Assembly: GCA_963789265.1 (NCBI GenBank)
Contig: CAWBKB010000001.1
Location: 512,001-576,000 of the forward strand
DNA length: 64,000 nucleotides
Direction of reading: 5' to 3'
From: an uncultured delta proteobacterium
Lineage (GTDB): Bacteria; Desulfobacterota; Desulfomonilia; Desulfomonilales; Desulfomonilaceae
How positions within the stretch are numbered: position 1 is the first letter of the stretch; every line of letters begins with the position of its first letter. Below the pieces are notes generated by a model. That model had not been told where the DNA came from. It searched no databases and saw only the letters and a list, made by a program, of their open reading frames with translations. A program made the position numbers and the translations under genes. This document shows, piece after piece, positions 1-11,000 of the stretch.

Positions 1-1335
1 GAGGTGGCTCTAGGGTACGACAACGATCTCGCCCTTCTCGAAGCGAGTCGCTGCCTACATTGCAAGAAACCGTACTGTATGACCGGGTGCCCGGTGGAAG
101 TGGACATTCCCGATTTTGTTGAGATGGTGAAGGCCGGTGACTATGTCGGCGCGTCCTGGAAGGTTAAGGAAAAGAACAGCCTGCCTCGAATCGCGGGCCG
201 TGTTTGTCCGCAGGAGTCGCAGTGTGAATCAAAATGCGTTCTCAACAAGAGGGGCAAAGGCGAACCATGCGCTATCGGGAGGCTGGAGAGGTTTGTAGCG
301 GACTATGCTGCAGTCCATGGAGAGGGGAAGCTGCCGGAACTGCCAAAGCCTACCGGCCTGAAGGTGGGGGTGGTAGGTTCGGGCCCGGCGGGCCTTACCT
401 TGGCCGGCGCCCTGATAAAAAAAGGGATTGCCGTGACCGTCTTTGAAGCGCTACACGAACTCGGAGGCGTGCTTGTCTACGGCATCCCGGAGTTCCGGCT
501 CCCTAAGGCCATTGTCCGGTCTGAGGTCGACGAGCTTAGAAAGCTCGGAGTCGAATTCAAGACCAACTGGATTATCGGTCGTATTGAGACTGTGGACGAC
601 CTGCTGGAGAAGCGCAAGTACGATAGTGTTTTCATCGGCTCCGGCGCGGGCGCGCCCCTATTTCTCAAGATAGCGGGCGAAAACCTTAATGGCGTTTACT
701 CGGCCAATGAATTCCTGACCAGGGCAAATCTTATGAAAGCCTATCTCTTCCCTCAAGCGGATACGCCGGTTGCGAAGGGGAGAAGGGTCGTGGTATTCGG
801 CGGTGGGAACGTGGCTATGGACTCGGCTCGAACAGCTCTGCGACTTGGAGCAGACGAGGTGAACATTGTCTATCGAAGGACGATGGAGGAACTCCCTGCC
901 AGGGCTGAAGAAGTGCACCACGCCGTGGAAGAGGGGGTCAAATTCAAGCTTTTGACTTCACCGGTGAAAATAGTCGGAAACGAGACCGGATGGGCCGTGG
1001 GTGTGACCTGCCAGAAGATGCAGCTTGGCGAGGCTGATGCTTCAGGGAGAAGGCGGCCCGTTCCTATCGAAGGAGATTATTTCGATATCGAATGCGACAC
1101 GATAATCGTGGCCATAGGTAACGCTGCAAACCCACTCGTTCCGAGCACTACCAAGAACTTGGAAACCAACAAGTGGGGCAACATAGTAGCAGACCTGGAT
1201 ACAGGCAAGACCTCGAAGGATCGAGTCTGGGCCGGAGGTGACATCGTTACCGGGGCTGCCACAGTGATATTGGCTATGGGAGCTGGGCGCAAGGCTGCCC
1301 TTTCGATGATGAATTCATTCGGGATTAGCGCCTGA
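1..1335 (+). CDS. NADPH-dependent glutamate synthase small-subunit-like flavoprotein (GltD/SudA/NfnB family), 5' end outside window
   Basis: EASRCLHC..CMTGCPV and GRVCPQESQCE Fe-S motifs, VGSGPAG and GGGNVAMD dinucleotide motifs, C-terminal GGDIVTGAATVILAM. Confidence 0.9.
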   Translation, partial: EVALGYDNDLALLEASRCLHCKKPYCMTGCPVEVDIPDFVEMVKAGDYVGASWKVKEKNSLPRIAGRVCPQESQCESKCVLNKRGKGEPCAIGRLERFVADYAAVHGEGKLPELPKPTGLKVGVVGSGPAGLTLAGALIKKGIAVTVFEALHELGGVLVYGIPEFRLPKAIVRSEVDELRKLGVEFKTNWIIGRIETVDDLLEKRKYDSVFIGSGAGAPLFLKIAGENLNGVYSANEFLTRANLMKAYLFPQADTPVAKGRRVVVFGGGNVAMDSARTALRLGADEVNIVYRRTMEELPARAEEVHHAVEEGVKFKLLTSPVKIVGNETGWAVGVTCQKMQLGEADASGRRRPVPIEGDYFDIECDTIIVAIGNAANPLVPSTTKNLETNKWGNIVADLDTGKTSKDRVWAGGDIVTGAATVILAMGAGRKAALSMMNSFGISA

Positions 1336-1403
1336 TCGCCGTCCAGGTGAAGTGAAAAAGACTAATACGGATTCGCTTTCACGCGAGTGACATCGTGTTT
1401 TGG

Positions 1404-1429
1404 GTAGGGGCAGGTTTGAAACCTGCCCT
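1404..1429. repeat. GTAG-type REP palindrome; related copies near 18343, 39256 and 59819
   Basis: GTAGGGGCAGGTTTGAAACCTGCCCT hairpin; near-identical copies elsewhere in the window. Confidence 0.75.
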
Positions 1430-1853
1430 TTGTATGTTTACCGAAGGTATCGTCATTCCTTCGTACAACGCGATCCGGTCCTGTGGGGCGGACTTTCTAG
1501 TCCGCCATTTGGACGCTGGATCGGAGTTCCATATACGTAAACCTAATGCAATTTTGCAGCTTTTGAGGACCATGTGGCATCAAAGTCCTCCTGTACAAAT
1601 GGGGTGAACCTCGCGTGCTGCGGGGTAAGTTAGCGCCCACGGCATTGGATTGCGGCGTTACGGTCACCTTTCCCCAGATCGGACAAGAATTTTTATCAAC
1701 TGCTCTAACGTTCCGTTCCGACTTTCTCCCTGCATGCCTTGAGAAAACGGTGCTGAGGCTTTACAATTATTTCAGGCAATCTCGTGGAATTCCCGCTTGC
1801 GGGTGCCCAGGCAACTATCAATATTCGGGGCTACCTCTAGTCTAAAGGGACTG

Positions 1854-2195
1854 ATGCGTTCTCGAGCATTAATATTTATCTTTGCGGCAATCCTTGCCGG
1901 TCTGGCACAATCTACGGCTGCAGCCCCCATTCAGAAAATTCAAGGGGTCATCGTCGAGCTGGAGGAAGGTTACCTGTGGTTGAAGCCTGACGGGAAGCAA
2001 ACGCCCCGCAAATTCATGCTCCGCTGGAAAGCGCGGTTCGATCCTCCGAAGCTTCCACTGAAAGGTGACCGGGCTCTGATTCTTTACAAAGATAAGGAAG
2101 CAGGATCCGTGATCTACGGAGTGGAATATCTAAAGACCGCTCCAGAGCCGTCTCATTCTTCCCAAGGCCCGGCTAAGGGCAAGAGAAAGCAATAA
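1854..2195 (+). CDS. Secreted hypothetical protein
   Basis: ATG at 1854 followed by a signal-peptide-like MRSRALIFIFAAILAGLAQSTAA. Confidence 0.6.
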   Translation: MRSRALIFIFAAILAGLAQSTAAAPIQKIQGVIVELEEGYLWLKPDGKQTPRKFMLRWKARFDPPKLPLKGDRALILYKDKEAGSVIYGVEYLKTAPEPSHSSQGPAKGKRKQ

Positions 2196-2276
2196 GCGCT
2201 TCACAGCATAGGCGTTGAAATAAGTTCTAAACTCTCTTCGTCCCGGCGGGACGGCATGATAGTAGCCCGGCACTAA

Positions 2277-3954
2277 AGAAACTGTCTCAAAAGTCGATTT
2301 TGGGCTCGCGATTCTCAACCGATTCTACTAATGAGATGTGAAAAGAGAATCGGAGAGGGAAAGGATTATGCCGCAAATCAGAGCCGACTACAAGCAGGTG
2401 TTTCTGCTTCCGCCCGCTATAGATGACTGGATAGGGCCTGATCATCCAGCGCGCTTCATAGGAGACTTTGTGGATTCCTTGGATTTGGAGGTGCTGGGTT
2501 TTCGAGTTCCGAATGGCGAAACGGGCCGTCCTCCCTATAGTACCGATCTTTTGTTGAAGGCATGGCTCTACGGCTATTTCAGCAGAATCAGGTCATCGCG
2601 CAAGCTTGAGAAGGCATGCATGGAGAACATGGGATTGATTTGGCTGACGGGTATGAATGCAGCGGATCATAATACCCTGTGGCGATTCTGGAGGGACAAC
2701 AAGAAGGTTTTCAAGGGAATATTCAAACAATCGGTTCAAGTGGCAGTCAAAGCCGAGTTGATAGGTATGGCGGTTCATGCATTGGATGGAACCAAGATCC
2801 CTGTCGGATCATCTCGGGAGAAGTTCAAGAACCAAGATCAGTTGGAGCGGATGCTTGAGAATTTGGACAAGTGCGTTGCCGACGTCATGACGGAGACAGA
2901 GAGGTGCGAGCAAGAGGAGGGCGGCGAATGGCGTCTTCCCGAAGCCCTTCAGGACGAGTTGAAACGCAAGGAGCGGATACAGAAGGCCTTGCAGGAATTG
3001 GATAAGACTGACAAGAAGGTCGTCCATCCCTGCGAGCCGGATGCCCGGTACATGAAGAACCGGCGGTCTACTGAGCCCTCTTACAATGCTCAAGCGGTGG
3101 CAGACCAACAAAGCGGCATGATTGTGGCTGAGGAAGTGGTCGACGAAGGCAATGACAATGGGCAGCTTGTTCCCATGCTGGATCGAGTTCAGGAAAATTT
3201 GGGCGCAACCGCAGAGGAAACCGTGGCGGACGCAGGATACTTCGCATCGGCTCAAATCGCGTTGGCCGAAGAGAAGGAGTACGAGGTCTTGGTCGCCAAG
3301 TCGTCGGGAGAGTCCGCTGCGGAAAAAGGCGCTCAATGGGACCCTTATCACGCTTCCCAGTTCGTCTACGACCAAGAGCGAGACGTCTGTATTTGTCCGC
3401 AAGGCGCATCGCTGAACTTTCTTCAGAAGAAAGTCACAGGAAAAAACGGAAACGAGATCCGGCGGTATCGATGCCGGGACTACTTGACGTGTCCTGAACG
3501 GTGGAAGTGCAGCAAGAGCAAGAATGGCCGTCTCATAGACATTAACATCTATCGTGACGCAGTTGAGCGCCACCGCAAGAAACGGGAGGTCCCGGAAAGC
3601 AAGACGCTACTCCGAGCCCGCAAGGTGATCATTGAGCCGGTCTTTGCATGGATAAAGAGCCACTTGGACTTTAGACGGTGGACCGTGTCCGGATTATCCA
3701 ATGCGAGGGCTCAATGGTCTTTGATGTGCGCCACCTTGAATCTCAAGAAGCTCTACAGCCATTGGCTGACGGGGCGTCTGGTGCTAACCGCGGCCTAAGA
3801 CATCAGGACGGAGAGTGACTCATGGCTGCCTGAGGCATACTCATAGCCGGCCCCGGCTCGTCGGAGACAAGGGAGGCCAAGGTGCGAGATTAACCGCACC
3901 CTACCACCCCGAGAGTCGTCATCGTGCCACTACAACCGTTTTGAGACACTCTCT
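2277..3954 (+). mobile_element. IS1182-family insertion sequence
   Basis: Terminal inverted repeats AGAAACTGTCTCAAAA (2277-2292) and TTTTGAGACACTCTCT (3939-3954), 14/16 match, flanking a transposase. Confidence 0.88.
2368..3798 (+). CDS. IS1182-family DDE transposase
   Basis: GRPPY..LLLK..LYGY...RSSRKLE N-terminus, DGTKI, ADAGY, CP-G zinc motif, IEPVFAWIK C-terminus. Confidence 0.92.
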   Translation: MPQIRADYKQVFLLPPAIDDWIGPDHPARFIGDFVDSLDLEVLGFRVPNGETGRPPYSTDLLLKAWLYGYFSRIRSSRKLEKACMENMGLIWLTGMNAADHNTLWRFWRDNKKVFKGIFKQSVQVAVKAELIGMAVHALDGTKIPVGSSREKFKNQDQLERMLENLDKCVADVMTETERCEQEEGGEWRLPEALQDELKRKERIQKALQELDKTDKKVVHPCEPDARYMKNRRSTEPSYNAQAVADQQSGMIVAEEVVDEGNDNGQLVPMLDRVQENLGATAEETVADAGYFASAQIALAEEKEYEVLVAKSSGESAAEKGAQWDPYHASQFVYDQERDVCICPQGASLNFLQKKVTGKNGNEIRRYRCRDYLTCPERWKCSKSKNGRLIDINIYRDAVERHRKKREVPESKTLLRARKVIIEPVFAWIKSHLDFRRWTVSGLSNARAQWSLMCATLNLKKLYSHWLTGRLVLTAA

Positions 3955-4001
3955 TCAGCCCCGGGCTAGACCAATGCCAAAGATCTTAAAGCCGACACAT
4001 T

Positions 4002-4889
4002 TCACCCAGTGTCGGAGATTAACCGATTGTCTGCCAGAAAACCGAGGATTGTCCGCGCAGTATCGTCAGGGCGCTCCATGGGGACAAAATGGCTGGTTTC
4101 CTCAAAACGCTTGAGAACCGCGTGGGGAGCCTTGCGTTTGAATTTTCTTGCGGCAGAAGATACGAAGACGTCCGATTTCGATCCGTAGAGGAGCAGGGTG
4201 GGCACTCGCAAACTGGGAATAGACCGCCAGATGCCGGCAGGGCACACAGCAAAACTACGGGCTTCCCAGGCCGGCTCACAGCATAGCGCAATCGTTCCGG
4301 TCTCCGTCTCTTCGGTACAGTGTCCGACATATCCCTCAAGGAACCCGTCTTTCCAGGCAGAGAATGAGGGTTTGTTCCGATAAACATTCAGAATAGTCTG
4401 ACGGTCGGGCCAAACACCTTGTCTGTGGGCTGCGCCGTACACTATCGGGATGAGTCCGGTAAGTCCGGTCGCTTGAGTCAAGGCCAAAAGCATAGACAAG
4501 GAGGTCGAGAGGATAGTCGGGTCAATAAGAATCAAGGCACGGACCAGATCCGGACGTTTAATAGCGAGCATCATGCTGCTGACAGCGCCTCGGGAATGCC
4601 CCATAGCGATCACGGGTTCGTTCAGATGCTCGAAAAAGCGTTCCAGGTCCTTTGCAAAAGCGTCCCAACTTTTCAGTTTCCAGGGATCCGCGGGAGCCGT
4701 GGTTTTGCCATGCCCCCGGTCGTCCATACCCACGACTCGCAGATGCGGCGCCAGCCTTTCTGCCAAAGGTGCGTACATTCCCGCACAGAAGCCGGTAGCA
4801 TGAGATATATGCGCCAGTGGTCCTGAACCACCCCAATTTACGTAGTGGAATGCGCCGTCCGACGCCATGAAGGTGTTTTCTTGTTGCAT
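4002..4889 (-). CDS. Alpha/beta fold hydrolase
   Basis: HATGF, DDRGHG, GHSRG nucleophile elbow, SHFVPME. Confidence 0.88.
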   Translation of the reverse strand: MQQENTFMASDGAFHYVNWGGSGPLAHISHATGFCAGMYAPLAERLAPHLRVVGMDDRGHGKTTAPADPWKLKSWDAFAKDLERFFEHLNEPVIAMGHSRGAVSSMMLAIKRPDLVRALILIDPTILSTSLSMLLALTQATGLTGLIPIVYGAAHRQGVWPDRQTILNVYRNKPSFSAWKDGFLEGYVGHCTEETETGTIALCCEPAWEARSFAVCPAGIWRSIPSLRVPTLLLYGSKSDVFVSSAARKFKRKAPHAVLKRFEETSHFVPMERPDDTARTILGFLADNRLISDTG

Positions 4890-5041
4890 TTCTCACTTAC
4901 AACCCAACGGACATGACGTGTCCGAGGATAGGCCGACCCGCAGCAACTCCGGTGCGGACGATAAGCCAATCAATTAATAGCGTGTGCGCGATGGCAGTAG
5001 CCGTGGCTACAATCCTCGCCACAAACCGCCTAAGTACTCTA

Positions 5042-5187
5042 TTTCCTAAATACGGTAATGTTAAGAACCGGGACCGGAAGAAGATTGCTTCGCTGCGCTC
5101 GCAATGACAGGTAGTGGAATGTCATTGCGAGGAGTGAAACGACGAAGCAATCTCCATCGTGAAAATCCGCGACCGTACTTACGAAAA
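5042..5187. repeat. ~145 bp palindromic MITE-like repeat, second copy at 37311-37460
   Basis: GTTAAGAACCGGG..AGATTGCTTCGCTGCGCTCGCAATGAC..GTCATTGCGAGGAGTGAAACGACGAAGCAATCTC..TACGAAAA is nearly identical at both sites. Confidence 0.85.
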
Positions 5188-5394
5188 GCAGTACGAAGTA
5201 TTACATAATTCCTTTCTTCATCCCTAATGATATGTGCTCGTTGATGTGGCTGCGGCTTTGCAGACCGCCAAACTCGTGTTTGATCTTCGCGGCGGCATGG
5301 CATATGGTATAAATTCCACAATACGCCCTGTATAGCAGTCTCTTTTCAACGACTCTCAAGGCAGGATCTCGGAAAAGTCTGGAGGAATCGAAGG

Positions 5395-6930
5395 ATGAAC
5401 CTTGCGAGGAAGCTGTCCGATGTGGCGAGGCAACATGGCGACAAGCCGGCGATAATCTTCGAGAACACCGTCTACACATATAGCGACGTGGAAAAGCAGG
5501 TTGAGCGATACGCGGCGATGATGGCGCGGCTGGACGTGAAGCTTGGCGATAGAGTGGCCTTCCAGTTACCGAAACAAATGGAATTCATTTTCTTGGAACT
5601 CGCGGTTCTGTCCGTTGGCGCAATAGTGATCCCGCTCAATCCTGATTACAAGGCTCAGGAGATCGAGTATTATTTAACGGATTCCGGCAGCTCACTCTAT
5701 TTCACTGACTATGAGCGCTTCTCTCGGGTCCATGCGGAACTTGAGAAGCTCGATAATCTACAAACCGTTCTGGTGGACCATCCTGAAGAGGCCAAGGTTC
5801 TCTTTTTGTCGCGAGAACTTGAAGCCGCTGCGCCCGATTATGTGAGGCCGTATCCGACCGGGGGGGACGATGTTGCGGTGATCTGCTACACATCAGGTAC
5901 CACGGGAAGATCCAAAGGCGCGATGATCACCCACAGGAATTTGATTTCAAACATGACGGCCTTGCATGAAGTCTGGGAATGGAGCGACAAGGACGCGCTT
6001 CTTCATGTGCTCCCTCTGTTTCATGTGCATGGTCTCTTTGTGGCACTGCATGGGGGCCTGAACGCAGGCGCGACGGTGATCATGCACGAAAAGTTCGATC
6101 CCGGCCGAACATGGGAAACCATAGAGCAAAAGAAATGCACAATGTTTATGGGGGTCCCCACGATCTACCAGCGGCTGTTGAATCATTGGGAGCGCATAGA
6201 CAGAAAACCGAATTTAAAGAGCATGAGGGTGTTCATCTCGGGATCGGCTCCTCTGTTGGAAACCCAGTTCAATCGTTTTGAAAAAGAAACCGGGTTCAGA
6301 ATTCTCGAACGCTATGGCATGACCGAGACCGGAATGATCGCATCAAACCCCTTCGACGCAAGCCGTCGAAAGCCCGGCAGCGTGGGATATCCGCTCCCCT
6401 GCTTGGAGATCAGGATTGTTTCTCCGAGCGGTGATGATGTACGATCGAGTGAGGTCGGGGAAGTGTGGATACGTGGTGAAAGCGTATTCAAAGGGTACCG
6501 AGGAATGCCGGAGAAGACTCGGGAATCTTTTCAGGACGGATGGTTCAAGAGCGGTGACCTCGGCTACCAGGATCTGGAAGACAAAGCGAGGTTATATCTC
6601 GTGGGGCGAGTCAAGGAGCTTATCATTACCGGTGGCTATAATGTTTACCCCAAAGAAATCGAAGATGTTCTTGCGAGCCACACAGCGATAAGAGAGGCAG
6701 CGGTTATAGGTTTGCCGGACAATGACCTCGGAGAGAAGGTCGCGGCGATAGTGGTTATCGAGGACGGCAGTTCACAGCCGTCGCCGGATCAGATCATCAG
6801 CCATTGCAAACACTGTCTGGCCGGCTACAAGTGTCCCAAAGCCGTCTTCTTTGTGGATGGGTTGCCGCGAAACGCTATGGGCAAGATCCAGAAGAACGAA
6901 CTGTGTAATCGGTTCCGGAGCGAGGCATGA
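5395..6930 (+). CDS. Acyl-CoA synthetase (malonyl-CoA synthetase/MatB-like AMP-binding enzyme)
   Basis: YTSGTTGRSKG, ERYGMTET, GWFKSGDLG, PRNAMGKIQK. Confidence 0.9.
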   Translation: MNLARKLSDVARQHGDKPAIIFENTVYTYSDVEKQVERYAAMMARLDVKLGDRVAFQLPKQMEFIFLELAVLSVGAIVIPLNPDYKAQEIEYYLTDSGSSLYFTDYERFSRVHAELEKLDNLQTVLVDHPEEAKVLFLSRELEAAAPDYVRPYPTGGDDVAVICYTSGTTGRSKGAMITHRNLISNMTALHEVWEWSDKDALLHVLPLFHVHGLFVALHGGLNAGATVIMHEKFDPGRTWETIEQKKCTMFMGVPTIYQRLLNHWERIDRKPNLKSMRVFISGSAPLLETQFNRFEKETGFRILERYGMTETGMIASNPFDASRRKPGSVGYPLPCLEIRIVSPSGDDVRSSEVGEVWIRGESVFKGYRGMPEKTRESFQDGWFKSGDLGYQDLEDKARLYLVGRVKELIITGGYNVYPKEIEDVLASHTAIREAAVIGLPDNDLGEKVAAIVVIEDGSSQPSPDQIISHCKHCLAGYKCPKAVFFVDGLPRNAMGKIQKNELCNRFRSEA

Positions 6931-6967
6931 CGCGATATCTCAGAACAAACAAGATTTCGGAGGCAAA

Positions 6968-7687
6968 GTGAAACAAGAAGAAAGGTATTTCACAGTATCG
7001 GATCAAGTATTCGAGAGATTCCCCGGGTATGTCCGAGGAGTTGTAATAGGCTACGGGCTTACGAACGGAGAATCTTCACCGGAACTCATCTCGTTGCTTC
7101 GCTCGGCCGAGGATTCCGTTCGCAAAGAGCTGAATCTGGAAACATTGATTGAACATCCCAGAATCGCGGCCTGGAGAGAGGCTTACCGATCCTTCGGCGC
7201 CAAGCCGAGCAAGTTTCGGCCGTCAATTGAAGCCATGGTTCGACGTCTTCTGAGAAACGAACAGCTTACGTCGACAAACGCACTGGTTGATATTGGAAAT
7301 GCTGTATCTTTGCGTCATTTGGTTCCCGCCGGTGGGCACGCTATTGATGTGCTCGTGAACGACATGGAGCTGAGGTTGGCCACAGGGGATGAACTCTTTA
7401 CGCCGTTAGATTCGGAGAAGGTTGAGAACCCTTTGGCAGGAGAGGTGGTTTTCGTGGACGGTAAGACAGTTTTGACAAGACGCTGGACGTGGCGTCAGGG
7501 CAGACACACGTTGGTCCAGCATGGCACGACCGCGGTTGAGTTTAACGTTGACGGTTTGCCGCCGGTCTCGGTTACCGAAGTTGAGGACGCCTGCCGAGAG
7601 ACCGCTGAATTGATAGAAAGATTTTGCGGAGGCAGCACACGTTTCGAAATTGTGACCAGGGCAAATCCCAAGATAAGGCTATCGTGA
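6968..7687 (+). CDS. B3/B4 (PheRS beta editing-like) domain protein
   Basis: WREAYRSFGAKPSKFRPSIEA..RR, LVDIGNAVSL, TRRWTWRQ; GTG start after GGAGG. Confidence 0.85.
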   Translation: MKQEERYFTVSDQVFERFPGYVRGVVIGYGLTNGESSPELISLLRSAEDSVRKELNLETLIEHPRIAAWREAYRSFGAKPSKFRPSIEAMVRRLLRNEQLTSTNALVDIGNAVSLRHLVPAGGHAIDVLVNDMELRLATGDELFTPLDSEKVENPLAGEVVFVDGKTVLTRRWTWRQGRHTLVQHGTTAVEFNVDGLPPVSVTEVEDACRETAELIERFCGGSTRFEIVTRANPKIRLS

Positions 7688-7727
7688 TTCGTGCTGCAAT
7701 TTTTCCTCACCGGTCTCCCGGAATAAA

Positions 7728-7938
7728 AGAGACTGACGCAAAATCAAGTATGAGGTCAAAATCATAGCACGATCAGGCTTGGTGTGTATTTCGTTGCCCT
7801 CACCCCAGCCCTCTCCCCGAGGGAGAGGGAGTCGTGGTGAAGCTGCTATTTGAGTCCCCTCGCCCTTTGGGAGAGGGCTAGGGTGAGGGGATTTCGTGAC
7901 ACGATTACTTGGATCAAAATGGTTTTGAGACAGTTTCT
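7728..7938. mobile_element. Non-autonomous MITE with IS1182-like ends
   Basis: AGAGACTGACGCAAAA ... TTTTGAGACAGTTTCT ends; internal CCCTCACCCCAGCCCTCTCCC/GGGAGAGGGCTAGGGTGAGGG palindrome; no ORF. Confidence 0.65.
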
Positions 7939-8069
7939 GTAGGCCCGGTCTTCTGGATCCTTCTCCATCGCTTCGTTGCCCTTTTCTTCGGTCCTTTTCT
8001 ATGGTATTATCATTGCATTACCCATGCCATTTAACAACCTCGGATTCCATCCTGCAATCGAGGGCACCC

Positions 8070-11000
8070 ATGAAACACGACGAGACCGGTCCGTGGCCGG
8101 CTAACGATGCGCCGAATCATTCCGATTTGCCGAATGGAGAGCTGGAAAGCCTGAAAAGTCGACTCCACTGGGCCCAGGAGAGCCAAGAAATGGCCGTGAA
8201 AATCCTGACCTTACTCAACGGCCAACTTGTGGGTCCGGACGTGATCCGGCGCGTCCTTGGAATGATGAAAGAATTCACCGGATTCGAGGCTGTCGGCATT
8301 CGCTTGCGCGATGGTGAAGATTTTCCCTACTTTGCAACCCAAGGTTTTCCCGATCATTTTGTCGAATGTGAAAGTTATCTGTGCGAACGCACTGCTGCCG
8401 GCGAAATCGTGCGGGATTCGTCTGGAAACCCGATCCTGGAATGCATGTGCGGAAATATAATACGCGGGCGAACGGACCCTTCGCTGCCTTTTTTCACCCA
8501 AGGTGGTAGTTTTTGGACGAACAGCACAACGGACCTTCTCGCCACGACATCTGAAGAAGAGCGTCAGGGTCGTACCCGAAATCGGTGCAACGGGGAGGGC
8601 TACGAATCGGTCGCCCTCATACCCCTGCGTTCAGAGCGCGAAATCATTGGCCTTCTGCAACTCAACGATTCTCGGAAAAATTGCTTCACACCCGACACGA
8701 TAAGTTTTTTTGAAGCGATAGGAGCCAGTATCGGTATTGTTCTTAAGCGCATGAGTGTGGAACAGGAACGGGATCGCTTGTTCAACTTGTCCATTGATAT
8801 GTTGTGCGTCGCCGGGTTTGACGGTCGCTTTAAACAGGTCAACCCCGCGGTCACGGAGATCCTCGGATGGACATCACAAGAGTTCTTGAGCAAGCCGTGG
8901 ACCGAGTTGGTGCATCCGGATGACCATGAAAAGACTAGAGCGGCAGGCAGGCGGCTGCTTTCCGGCGTCCCGTTGTACTCCTACGAAAATCGATATCTGC
9001 ACAAGGACGGCACGTATCGGTGGATTTCGTGGAACTGCTTTCCGATACCCGATGAAAGAACGACCTTTGCGGTAGCTCGCGATGTCACCGAGCCCAAGCG
9101 GTCCGAAGATGCACTGCGGAGAGCTAAGAATGAGCTTAAGTCCAGGGTGAAGAAGCGAACCGTACAACTGATGGCTACCATAGATCGCCTGCAAAAAGAA
9201 GTGACTGCACGCGAGCAGGCACAGGACGCACTGCGGCAGAGCGGAGAACGCTATCGAGCTCTCGTGGAAAATGTCCATGTGGGTATCTCGTTGATAGATT
9301 CGGATCACAATATAGTTGTATCGAATTCCGTCATTGGGAAATGGTTTAAGAAACCCGTCTCCGAGTTCAGCGGCAAGAAATGCTTCCGGGAATTTGAAAG
9401 ACGTGATGCTGTTTGCCCGCATTGTCCGGGAGTGCGAGCCATGGCCACCGGGCTGGCCGCGGAGGTGGAAACAGAGGGCGTGCTGGTCGATGGCACCCGC
9501 ATCGTTGCACGCGTACGAGCTTTTCCAATGTTCAGCCCGGATAATGTGCCCATCGGATTTACAGAGATTGTCGAGGACGTCAGGGAGCGCAAGCGATTGG
9601 AAGAGGCACTCCTGGAGAGCGAGCAACGCTACAGAAACCTCGTGGAGGAATCGCGAGACGGGATTTATTGGGCCGCTTGGGATGGCGCGCTGATTGAGGC
9701 TAATCAAGGGTTTCTGGAAGTGTTCGGCCTTACAACGGACGAGTCCAAGATTTGGAGTCTTATCCAGGCGTATCGTGATCCAGTCGACCGCATACGGTTC
9801 AAACAGACCATCGAAAGAAACGGATCTGTAGCGGACTATGAACTCAAGCTTAAGAAGAAGGATGGCACCGCGATCGATTGCATGCTCAGCGCAACGTTGC
9901 GTTTGGACGAAGAAGGCAAAAGTATCGGATACCAGGGTATCATCCGTGACATGACAGAACGCAAAAGACTCGAGCAGCAACTCCTGCGGGCACAAAAAAT
10001 GGAAGCCATCGGCACTCTCGCCGGAGGCATTGCTCACGATTTCAACAACCTTTTAACAGTGATACTCGGGTACTGTGAACTGATAATATCTGAGAAGAAC
10101 GAAGGGGATCGGGATTACGAAGACCTGAATAAGGTTATGCAGGCCGGTCGAACCGCGGCCGATATGGTTCAGCAAATTCTGGCTTTTAGTCGTAAGGCCG
10201 AAACCAAGGTCTGGCCAATTAACATCAATAAGCAGATTCCGCAGCTCAGGAAGATGCTTTCCAGACTGATTCCCAGGACCATAAAAGTCAGAATAAATCT
10301 GGCTCCCGAACTTCCCACGGTCAATGCCGACTCCGCCCAGATTGACCAGGTTCTGATGAATCTTGCAGTAAATGCGAGGGATGCGATGCCCGATGGCGGC
10401 AGACTGACAATCGAAACCAGGGCGGTAGTGTTGGACGAGGAGTATTGCAGCTCCCATATTGAAGCTTCCCAAGGGCTGCACGTGCTTCTTAATGTAAGTG
10501 ATACGGGGCTCGGAATTGATAAGGGGCTATTGGATCGGATATTCGAACCATTTTATACAACGAAAGAACCGGGTGAGGGGACCGGATTGGGCCTCGCTAT
10601 GGTTTACGGCATAGTCAAAGCCCACGGCGGGCATGTCACTGTCTACAGTGAGCCCGGCACGGGGACTGTCTTTAACATATACCTGCCGGCGCACCAGTTT
10701 GAGGTGGAACAGGATATTGCGACGTCCGGCGAATTTGCGGCATTAGGGTCCGGAACAATACTTTTGGCCGACGACGAGGATTCTGTGAGGTCCCTTGGGC
10801 AAAGAATCCTGGAAAAGTCCGGATACCACGTTCTTTCCGCAAAGAACGGGCGGGAAGCTGTTGCAATTTACCAACAGGAGAAAGACGAGATCTCGTTGGT
10901 TATCCTTGACCTTATCATGCCTGAAATGGACGGCAAACAGTGTCTGGAGGAAATTCTCAAAATAGACCCGGATGCGAAGGTGTTGTTGGCCAGCGGATAT

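Noticed and set aside
2809..3573. Long antisense ORFs (also 8874-10037, 11448-12185, 12290-13066, 19657-20379, 60256-60903)
   Set aside because: They shadow well-supported genes on the opposite strand
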